Source of the DNA: a virus
Taxonomy: Duplodnaviria; Caudoviricetes
Length of the DNA: 37,383 nucleotides
Virus record (IMG/VR): IMGVR_UViG_3300005573_000180
Span: 1-37,383 of that record
Direction: 5' to 3' (one strand)
A program made the translations under genes and the position numbers. Shown piece by piece: positions 28,443 to 35,350 of this stretch. The first letter of the stretch is position 1, and every line of letters begins with the position of its first letter. Below the pieces are notes generated by a model. It was not told where the DNA came from, searched no databases, and worked only from the letters and a program-made list of their open reading frames with translations.

Positions 28443-28789
28443 TGTGCCTCCAAGAAACTGATATGTGTTGGCTTCAATCCGCACGGGAACACATCGTGTT
28501 CCTGTATATGGCGCGTGCAGCGCTTGTCGTATTCAGCGAGACAGGCGGCCAGTCCAGGACAGAGCTCGCAGTCATTCCCAACGTATCCAGCGCGGGCGCG
28601 GGCGGCGGCGGCCTCGGCGTAGGGCTCGACGGGCGACTGTTTTGGCTTAGGTGTCGCTAGGCTAGGCGGTCTAGATGCAGCCTGTCTGGACGTAGCCCGT
28701 CGGGGTTGGGGTACAGTGCGCTGTACCCCAACAGTGCGCTGCACCCCAACATCAGCGATACCCAAAATCATGGCGACGCTTCTCTTCAT
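28439..28789 (-). CDS. Hypothetical Cys-rich protein
   Basis: ATG 28789 with AAGGAG RBS; CELC...C...C...C. The upstream extension in the ORF track is array sequence. Confidence 0.6.
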   Translation of the reverse strand: MKRSVAMILGIADVGVQRTVGVQRTVPQPRRATSRQAASRPPSLATPKPKQSPVEPYAEAAAARARAGYVGNDCELCPGLAACLAEYDKRCTRHIQEHDVFPCGLKPTHISFLEAQ

Positions 28790-28800
28790 ATTCGCTCCTT

Positions 28801-29816
28801 TCGCACTCTGCCAATGGTTTTCACGGGTTGAATGGCTCGCACTTGCGCAATGGTTTTCACAGTCAAGTTGGCTCGCGCACCTATCTTGGTTTCCATGCCC
28901 TTCCACGGCTCGCACTTGGAGTTCGGTTTGCATCGTCATGACGGCTCGCACGGCGCTACTGGTTTTCACATGAGCGATGGCTCGCACCCCGCGGATTGGT
29001 CTTCGCCTATCATTCGGCTCACACACCCGTAGTGGTTCTCACTGTCTAGCTGGCTCGCACCCAATTCCTGGTTTTCACTGCTCAAATGGCTCGCGCGCAT
29101 CCACGGGTTTTCACTTCGACATTGGCTCGCACGGCTCATTTGGTTTTCACTCTCAACCCGGATCGCACTCCCGCTATGGTTTTCACCTGCTTGATGGCTC
29201 GCATCGCTGCCACGGTTTTCGTCTGCCTAGCGGCTCGCTCGGTCTCGTTGGAATACTCACCGACTCTGGCTCGCACCCCCTTGGCGGCTTTCACGACTGT
29301 AATGGCTCGCATTCCTGGTCTGGTTTTCATACGGCTCGTGGCTCGCATCCTGACATTGGTTTTCGCCACTTTGCTGGCTCGCACTCAGCCCCTGGTTTTC
29401 ACAGCTACACTGGCTCGCACTTGTCACTTGGTTTTCACTTGAATACTGGCTCGCACATCCCCCGTGGTTTTCACGAGGTGGTTGGCTCGCAAGCGGCGCG
29501 TGGGTCCCACCCTTTGACTGGCTCACATTCGCGGTATGGTTTCCATAGCTCCCAAGGCTCGCACCCGTTTCATGGTTTTCACCATTGGGTTGGCTCGCAC
29601 CGCGCCGCTGGTTTGTACACGCCCGCCTTGGCTCGCACTCCCAATTTGGTTTTAACTAGAGCTATGGCTCGCATTACTTGCTTGGTTTTCATTACCACAA
29701 TGGCTCGCACTATTGCCATGGTTTTCACACGGCAAATGGCTCGCATTCATCTCTAGTTTTCACCGCATGAGAGGCTTGCATTCCTAGTATGTTTTTCACA
29801 AAATCGCTGGCTCGCC
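28801..29816 (-). ncRNA. TIGR (tandem interspaced guide RNA) array, ~28 units of 36 nt
   Basis: Minus-strand unit TGCGAGCCA-N9-TGAAAACCA-N9. Two alternating TG-N4-CCA repeats with unique spacers; hand-parsed 28 units. Confidence 0.9.
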
Positions 29817-30609
29817 GCACCGCTTCGTGGATTTTCTCAACCATTGCGGCTGAAACCTGCTCGGGCGTTACAAAATGCTCGTGCCCCAACCGCGCCGCGT
29901 ACGGCTCCGAGACGGGCAACCCCTCGGCCTGCCGCCACACCACCCACAGGTTCTGCAGGAATATTTTGATCATCTTTCGCCATGCGCGGTTGTGGATGTG
30001 CGCGTTGCTGAACACCGTATGTCCATCAACCTTCTCTGGTTCGGGATGTAATCGCCGCTGCCGCTCCTTCTCCGCATAGTAGATATCCGCGTAAATCGGC
30101 GTGCGCGCCTTGAGAAAACTCATGGCGATGTTGTAACAGGTTGCCTTGAGCTTCGCGTTGTACGCGGCCTTACACCCTTTGACGTTACGCTCGGCCTTCC
30201 CGTCAATGACGGCAAAACCCGCATACCGCCACAGGGCACTGACCGTGTCGCACAGCGCTATGTCGTCAATGAGCGCCAGCAATTGCGCGGCCAAGCCACC
30301 CGCCCCAAGGCCCTTGATGGACACCAGCCAGTCCCAGACAGGCCCCAGCGCCTCGGCCTCCTCGATCATCTCCTCACGCGCGTAGGCTAGCACGGCATCC
30401 AGCTGCAACTTCTCCATCATGGCCCGCTCTACGCTGGGGTCCAACGTCGACTTCCCTCGCTCGGCGGCCACGATGCGCAGGTTGTGCCGTTGGCGCATGA
30501 GCATCAGCTCGCGCCACCACAGATACGCCTGCCATAGCGCCGCATGCTTGCGCGGCCTGGGAGCTGGACGGCGGTCCAGCATCTCCTCATAGTCGTACTC
30601 TTCCATCAT
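29725..30609 (-). CDS. tasA: TIGR-associated Nop-domain protein without nuclease domain (TasA-type; IS110 C-terminal-like)
   Basis: WLVSIKGLG...LAAQLLALIDDI...TVSALWRYAG...YNAKLK...HIHNRAWRKMIKIFLQNLWVVWR. No N-terminal RuvC/DEDD, no HNH, no IS110 catalytic SG loop; abuts the array. Confidence 0.85.
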   Translation of the reverse strand: MMEEYDYEEMLDRRPAPRPRKHAALWQAYLWWRELMLMRQRHNLRIVAAERGKSTLDPSVERAMMEKLQLDAVLAYAREEMIEEAEALGPVWDWLVSIKGLGAGGLAAQLLALIDDIALCDTVSALWRYAGFAVIDGKAERNVKGCKAAYNAKLKATCYNIAMSFLKARTPIYADIYYAEKERQRRLHPEPEKVDGHTVFSNAHIHNRAWRKMIKIFLQNLWVVWRQAEGLPVSEPYAARLGHEHFVTPEQVSAAMVEKIHEAVRRASDFVKNILGMQASHAVKTRDECEPFAV

Positions 30610-30618
30610 CCCTCCTCT

Positions 30619-30846
30619 CTAATTTTGGGAATAGTCTTCTTCGGAATCGTCTTCCGCGATGTCCCAAGATTCTGACATCCAGCGCTCAAAACCCTCCTCA
30701 TCATCTCCGTACGGAGAGCCCGCAAGACGGTATGCCTCACGGAGCGTGCGGAGTAGCCCGCACTCCAGCTGGGATACCCTCTCCCAAATGATGTACAAAA
30801 TCTCTCGCGTATATTCCGCTAAGCAACGATCCGAGACCTTTACCAT
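30619..30846 (-). CDS. Small acidic hypothetical protein
   Basis: 75 aa ORF with AAGGAG RBS. Confidence 0.6.
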   Translation of the reverse strand: MVKVSDRCLAEYTREILYIIWERVSQLECGLLRTLREAYRLAGSPYGDDEEGFERWMSESWDIAEDDSEEDYSQN

Positions 30847-30847
30847 C

Positions 30848-31198
30848 TCATCTCTCCTTTCTGCACTTTTTTAGAAATCTCAGGAAATGTCGCGGCGATA
30901 GGATCATGGTGGTCACGTTCCGCGCCGTCTCCCAATCCCCCTCGGTCATCACCGCGACGGCATAGTTCCCATCGGGCATCCGCGCGTACCACACCGGCCT
31001 ATCCCCACAGGGCTCTTTGCGCCGTAGGTCGGGGTTGCTATCCAGGTAATCCCAGGCCTCCCAAGCATCTAGGCCGTGTTTGGCCACCGCATGCTCGCTC
31101 GGCTGCGAGCGCAAGAGCCAGAGCGCTATCAGTCCCAGCACCAACAGGGCCCATAGGGGAAGGGCGAGCGGACGGCTAGTTGCAACGGACGTGCTCAT
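30848..31198 (-). CDS. Membrane-anchored hypothetical protein
   Basis: N-terminal hydrophobic helix LPLWALLVLGLIALWLL. Confidence 0.6.
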   Translation of the reverse strand: MSTSVATSRPLALPLWALLVLGLIALWLLRSQPSEHAVAKHGLDAWEAWDYLDSNPDLRRKEPCGDRPVWYARMPDGNYAVAVMTEGDWETARNVTTMILSPRHFLRFLKKCRKER

Positions 31199-31367
31199 CT
31201 GCCCACTCCCTGAACCACATCAGCAGCCGGGCCCACGTCCGCCCAACCATCCGAAACGCCTCCGCAAGCAGCTCCTCATCCGATAGCGGCCTGGGGCCAT
31301 ACCCCAGGCCGGCCAGCTCTTCACCCAGCAAACGCACGTCTTCTAACAGCTCTGATGTATTCGTCAT
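31176..31367 (-). CDS. Hypothetical protein
   Basis: 63 aa ORF, GAGG RBS, operon orientation. Confidence 0.5.
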   Translation of the reverse strand: MTNTSELLEDVRLLGEELAGLGYGPRPLSDEELLAEAFRMVGRTWARLLMWFREWADEHVRCN

Positions 31368-31383
31368 AGCTTTTCCTCACAGA

Positions 31384-31863
31384 CTAGATCAGTTCTGGCA
31401 CAGCCATGTCCTTGGCGCTCACCAGCCGCCCAATCAAACCGCCCTCACCGCAGTGGAAGCAGGAGGCAACCAGCGCCTCGCCGAGGTCTATCTCATCTCC
31501 ATAGGCGGGCAGGGCGTATAGATGCTCGCCCTCGATCCGCAGCGGCTGGCCGCACACTGGGCAGAACTGCCACCAGCCCGTTTCAAGCGCTCGTACCACC
31601 GCCACACGCAACGCAGCACGCCCAGCGATATGGTCAAAAAGGCTTACCGCCTTGCGTATTGCCTCGGCCTTGTACATTACGTCTGGCAGCACTTCCCAGT
31701 GCTCCTCGAGCAAACGTGAGGAGGCATCATCATCGCTCTTCTGACCATAATACAGGATGTAGCCGCCGTAGATATGGCCGGGTAGATAGTTGTAGTACCA
31801 CAGCTCCACGAAGGCCCCTTGCTTGCTGCTTTCCTCATACACGTTCTGGTAATAGCACTTCAT
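31384..31863 (-). CDS. Hypothetical protein with C-terminal zinc ribbon
   Basis: Likely ATG 31863 (GGAG upstream); CPVC...CFHC. Confidence 0.55.
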   Translation of the reverse strand: MKCYYQNVYEESSKQGAFVELWYYNYLPGHIYGGYILYYGQKSDDDASSRLLEEHWEVLPDVMYKAEAIRKAVSLFDHIAGRAALRVAVVRALETGWWQFCPVCGQPLRIEGEHLYALPAYGDEIDLGEALVASCFHCGEGGLIGRLVSAKDMAVPELI

Positions 31864-32161
31864 TTTTTTCTCCTCTCCAATACTGAATAGCGTCATCTAG
31901 CATATCCAGCTTCAACACGTCATCTATCTCGTGCAGCCGCCTCTGGGCCACCTTTGCGGTGATCCTGCCTGCTCCACGGCAAATCTCACAGACATCCGTC
32001 AGATATCCCGCACCTGGCACAGTGTCATCAGGGCACCAACGCACGAGACCATGTCCGTCACACTCCGGGCAGGCCACCGTCTCGCCGTCATAGTCAGGAT
32101 GCCACATCTTGCGCCTCCGCCCGAAAACTACAGCCTCATCTTTTCTCCGCTCGCTTTTCAT
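31835..32161 (-). CDS. DnaJ-type CxxCxGxG zinc-finger protein
   Basis: CPECDGHG and CEICRGAG. Confidence 0.65.
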   Translation of the reverse strand: MKSERRKDEAVVFGRRRKMWHPDYDGETVACPECDGHGLVRWCPDDTVPGAGYLTDVCEICRGAGRITAKVAQRRLHEIDDVLKLDMLDDAIQYWRGEKNEVLLPERV

Positions 32162-32939
32162 CTAGACGCTCAAGGCCATATGCGACCAGAGCATCGTAGA
32201 CCTCGCTGATGTTGGCATCCGTCACCTCGCAGAAGCCTAGCTTGGCCGCCGTCGCGGTGACATGGTAGGCATTGATTCGGCTGCCATCCTTGCTGAGATA
32301 ATGCGCCCCGGCCTCGGACTGGCGCAGCGTCTCCAACATCTCGCGCCACTGGCTCGTCTTGATCGTGGCGAGTTGCACCCGCGTTGGCGCGGGTGCTGGT
32401 TGCGCCGCTGGCGCCATTGGCGTCGCTACGGGCGCTGGCGCGGGCTCTGGCGTGGTCGCTTGCTCGGGCACGTCCCTGGATAACGCCCAGTCTGGTAACT
32501 GTGGCGTCTCCGTCATCTGCTTCTTCTGAGCATCGTACCCAACCCACACGCGTGGCAGACGGTACAGGTAGCGGCCTACGCCGAACAGTACGGCGCAACG
32601 CTTCAAGGCGTCACTCACCGCTGCCTTCAGGCCGGCCTGGTCGCCCTCGCCGATCTCTCCGACATCCTCGCGGGTGATGCGCTGGTTGTCGATGATCAGC
32701 GTGAGCTTGCCGTGCACATGCACCTCGCCAACCGGCTCCCAACTGAACTCCCAGTTGAAACCCAGGACCTCATCAAGACGCTCGGCTACATCCCTCGCGT
32801 CCACGTAAGCCACAGCCAACGCTCGCGTAGGGTTCTCGCGCGGGTATAGGTTCTGGGGTTTCCAGCTGATCTGCTCGGCTCGGAATGGAGCGGCAAGTCG
32901 CCTCAAAATCTCACTCGCATGCAATTCCCTGTCCGTCAT
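32136..32939 (-). CDS. Rad52/Rad22-family single-strand annealing protein (Sak-like)
   Basis: LAAPF...WKPQ...AYVDARDVAERLDEVLG.NW...KAAVSDALKRCAVLFGVGRYLY. Confidence 0.9.
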   Translation of the reverse strand: MTDRELHASEILRRLAAPFRAEQISWKPQNLYPRENPTRALAVAYVDARDVAERLDEVLGFNWEFSWEPVGEVHVHGKLTLIIDNQRITREDVGEIGEGDQAGLKAAVSDALKRCAVLFGVGRYLYRLPRVWVGYDAQKKQMTETPQLPDWALSRDVPEQATTPEPAPAPVATPMAPAAQPAPAPTRVQLATIKTSQWREMLETLRQSEAGAHYLSKDGSRINAYHVTATAAKLGFCEVTDANISEVYDALVAYGLERLDEKRAEKR

Positions 32940-33016
32940 CTTGCCCTCCTCTCGCTAATGGCAACAATGAACCAGAACGCCAACCACAACACCAGGATCG
33001 TCTGCAGCCAGCTCAT
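32936..33016 (-). CDS. 26-aa hydrophobic peptide
   Basis: MSWLQTILVLWLAFWFIVAISERRAR; GGAG upstream; stop overlaps next ATG. Confidence 0.4.
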   Translation of the reverse strand: MSWLQTILVLWLAFWFIVAISERRAR

Positions 33017-33042
33017 TGCGCCATCTCCATCTGCCGCGTGAG

Positions 33043-33234
33043 CTAGGCCACCTCCACCTCCAGCGCGTGCACCCTGTCCTCCAGATATGCGTTGCGCTTC
33101 TGGACGTGGGCCAGCTCGCGCTCCAGTTGCGCGATCCGCGCGCGCATAGCCGCACGACACCGCGCCTCCTCCTCAAACGCCTCCGCATCCTGAATGACAG
33201 GTTCCTTCGCGTCCCACACACCGTAACCAGACAT
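33043..33234 (-). CDS. Small coiled-coil protein
   Basis: RIAQLERELAHVQKRNAYLEDRVHALE; GAGG RBS. Confidence 0.6.
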   Translation of the reverse strand: MSGYGVWDAKEPVIQDAEAFEEEARCRAAMRARIAQLERELAHVQKRNAYLEDRVHALEVEVA

Positions 33235-33247
33235 CTCACACCTCCTC

Positions 33248-33394
33248 TCAGTGAATGAAAGCGGCCATGAGCACCAGGGCCGCGATAACCCACAGTAAGA
33301 TGCACACGTTGGGGAACAACACCATCGCGATCAGCATCCCCACGAGCACGGCCAACGGCGCAATCCTCTCATCAGCCTCACCGCGCCACTTCAC
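33248..33394 (-). CDS. Small membrane protein
   Basis: GTG 33394 after AAGGAGG; two hydrophobic stretches. Confidence 0.5.
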   Translation of the reverse strand: MKWRGEADERIAPLAVLVGMLIAMVLFPNVCILLWVIAALVLMAAFIH

Positions 33395-33670
33395 GGTTCC
33401 TCCTTTGATACGGATAGCGCGACCAGGCCATGGCCAGCCGCTGCCATTCGCGGATATGCTCCTTAGCCCGCGCGATCCAGTAGTGCATCTGCGCCGGATT
33501 CGCCAGGGCGTTGTCCAGGCAGGCCAGCGCGCTCGCCGCTGGCCCCAGGGCATCTTCTAACATCAGTTGCTGCTCCCGATCCTGCTTGGCGAAGACAACA
33601 TCCCCTCCTGTGCGCCCCGAGCGCGATCCTCAGGGCGCGTACCTTGGCCTCAAAGGAAGGCTCGTTCATC

Positions 33671-33907
33671 TCATCCCCCTGCTACTTTTTGTTTCAAATC
33701 ATGTGACTTTAGGTCACATTCGGGGCCAAAAAAAATTTCTGAGACCGGAATGCCGAATATCATAGCAAATTGCTCTTGTAGCCGCTCTGTCCAATTTCGT
33801 TTACCCGAGAGCAACCGTGATAGATAACCATCGCTGATTCCGAGCCTTCTGGCAATATAATCCTGCCGAAAACCGAATTCCCGGATTAAATCCCTTGGCG
33901 TTTGCAT
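33671..33907 (-). CDS. Cro-like XRE HTH regulator
   Basis: QDYIARRLGISDGYLSRLLSGKR; first gene of leftward operon, divergent from repressor. Confidence 0.85.
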   Translation of the reverse strand: MQTPRDLIREFGFRQDYIARRLGISDGYLSRLLSGKRNWTERLQEQFAMIFGIPVSEIFFGPECDLKSHDLKQKVAGG

Positions 33908-33938
33908 ATCTTTCTCTCCGTAACTTCAAGGCACATAC

Positions 33939-33967
33939 ATTATAACACAAAGTTTCAATCTTGTCAA
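33939..33967 (-). promoter_or_regulatory. Leftward early (lytic) sigma-70 promoter
   Basis: Perfect TTGACA-N17-TATAAT with TG extension on the minus strand. Confidence 0.88.
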
Positions 33968-33985
33968 GTACTTTTGCCAAAAATG

Positions 33986-33994
33986 TGATATAAT
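33986..33994 (+). promoter_or_regulatory. Rightward extended -10 promoter for repressor
   Basis: TGATATAAT (TGn-TATAAT); no good -35 at 17 bp. Confidence 0.6.
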
Positions 33995-34029
33995 GTTATC
34001 AGGATTGTGCCTTAAAGTGAGGTCTACCG

Positions 34030-34395
34030 ATGTCTCAACGTTTTGCAAAGTGGTTGGCAGAGCAGATTCGCCGCGAAGGAACCAACATGACGAGCCTCGC
34101 TAGCGCTCTAGGCCTCAGTCATACAAGCGTCCGTAAATGGTTGGCGGGGGTGACAGAGCCAAAACGTAAAAACTGCCAGCGGCTAGCACAAGTATTGCAC
34201 GTGGATATCACAGAAGTCTATGACGCTCTGGGCATACCTCTGAGGCAAGAATTACCGAGTGATGTTAGGAGGATTGTTCTGAAATATCTTGCTTTGGATA
34301 GGAATCGCCGCGCTCGCCTGGAGCGCTATATTGATTTTGAATTAGAAGACCAGCAAAAATATCAGCGCGCCGAAGAGCCTCAGGAGATAGCTTAA
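34030..34395 (+). CDS. CI-like XRE HTH repressor
   Basis: MTSLASALGLSHTSVRKWLAGVTEP...RLAQVL; no S24 peptidase domain. Confidence 0.85.
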   Translation: MSQRFAKWLAEQIRREGTNMTSLASALGLSHTSVRKWLAGVTEPKRKNCQRLAQVLHVDITEVYDALGIPLRQELPSDVRRIVLKYLALDRNRRARLERYIDFELEDQQKYQRAEEPQEIA

Positions 34396-34585
34396 GAACT
34401 TTGCAGCAGAAGCGATCAAGCGATGCCGAGATTGGAACCGCATTACGTTTAGGAATAGTATCCATGCTTAGAACTTTCCTTTCCTTTGCTCCTACTTACA
34501 ATTATATCGCTTACATTTCGTCCCGTCAATCGTTTCGTCCCGGTTTTTTACGCTAAATATATTTTCACACGAAAGGGGGTTAAGG

Positions 34586-35347
34586 ATGGGTAAAACTCGT
34601 TTCTATCGCCGTTGCCTGGCCTCGCCCGACTATTGGCTTCTGGTTGTACCCCTCTTGGGGCTGGGTTTCCTCATCGTCTTCTTGCTCGACCTCACCGGGT
34701 GCAGCAATCCAGCACGCTCGCCCCAGGTGTCCGCCTTGCCCACCTATACGCCCTATCCCACGTATACTCAACCGGCCCCGTTGCCTACCTACACGCTTTT
34801 ACCGACTTATACACCCTACCCCACACCGGAGCCACTACCGACTTATACGCCATTTCCGACGCCGACCGCGCTGCCAACCGCAACTATCCCCCCCACGCCG
34901 TCGGCCGGCACGCGTCAAAATCCAGCGAAAATCGGTGATTCCCTTCCCCTCGATTATGCTAACGCCCGCTATGTGATCACGGTCACTCAGGCTATATCAG
35001 GAGAAGAGGCCTGGAAACGCATCAAGGCTGCGAACATGTTCAACAATCCGCCAATAGATGGCTACGAATACGTCCTCTTCTACGTCGTGGCTAAGATCGT
35101 CGATGGTCCCCAAAACGAAGCTATTGGGGTCGGTGAACGCATGATCAACATGGTGGACGCGACGGGCCAAATATGGTCTCTGGGCGGTGTCGTCAACCCG
35201 CAACCCGAATTCGGCGGCAAGGGTTTCGTCGGCGCCGTGATCGAGGGTTGGAGCTGCACCATCCGCCCGATAGGGACAACGGTTTACCTGGTCTTCGGCA
35301 TGGATGATAAGGGCAAGGGCGGTATCTGGTTTGAGGTTCCCGCGTAG
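34586..35347 (+). CDS. Membrane-anchored/lipoprotein with Pro-Thr-Tyr linker and Ig-like (DUF4352-like) domain
   Basis: TM helix then LTGC, repeated PTYTPYPT, and GTRQNPAKIG...NMFNNPPIDGYEYV. Lies in the lysogeny module. Confidence 0.7.
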   Translation: MGKTRFYRRCLASPDYWLLVVPLLGLGFLIVFLLDLTGCSNPARSPQVSALPTYTPYPTYTQPAPLPTYTLLPTYTPYPTPEPLPTYTPFPTPTALPTATIPPTPSAGTRQNPAKIGDSLPLDYANARYVITVTQAISGEEAWKRIKAANMFNNPPIDGYEYVLFYVVAKIVDGPQNEAIGVGERMINMVDATGQIWSLGGVVNPQPEFGGKGFVGAVIEGWSCTIRPIGTTVYLVFGMDDKGKGGIWFEVPA

Positions 35348-35350
35348 CCC

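Noticed and set aside
28711-28751. 18-bp tandem duplication (VGVQRT x2) near the array
   Set aside because: No TG-N4-CCA motifs; a local coding duplication unrelated to the array.
29276-29302. Predicted target TTACAGTCG-CCCCCTTGG resembles the antisense of a tRNA-Tyr anticodon arm
   Set aside because: Needs gaps to align from memory and no host sequence is available; chance similarity is likely.
28977-29756. 259-aa plus-strand ORF of GFHxxxGSHxxx repeats (and other ORFs over the array)
   Set aside because: It is antisense to the whole operon. Conservation is at nucleotide level including third codon positions, indels shift the motif frame several times, and a TAG occurs in the motif frame near 29657. 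It is a shadow of the RNA array.
28806-29807. Canonical full 18-bp self-targets of the guides within this window
   Set aside because: By-eye checks found only isolated 9-mer matches (e.g. near 190, 11560, 22935), expected by chance. The search was not exhaustive.
28801-29816. CRISPR array
   Set aside because: Repeats are two alternating 9-mers with 9-nt spacers, not 23-47-nt repeats with ~30-nt spacers, and there are no cas genes.
29725-30609. IS110-family transposase / insertion sequence
   Set aside because: It lacks the N-terminal DEDD RuvC domain and catalytic serine loop, and sits in an operon with a guide array rather than within IS ends.
34396-34585. attP/attL candidate in AT-rich gap with tttcgtcccg direct repeat
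   Set aside because: No partner site or clear inverted-repeat att structure can be shown from this window alone.
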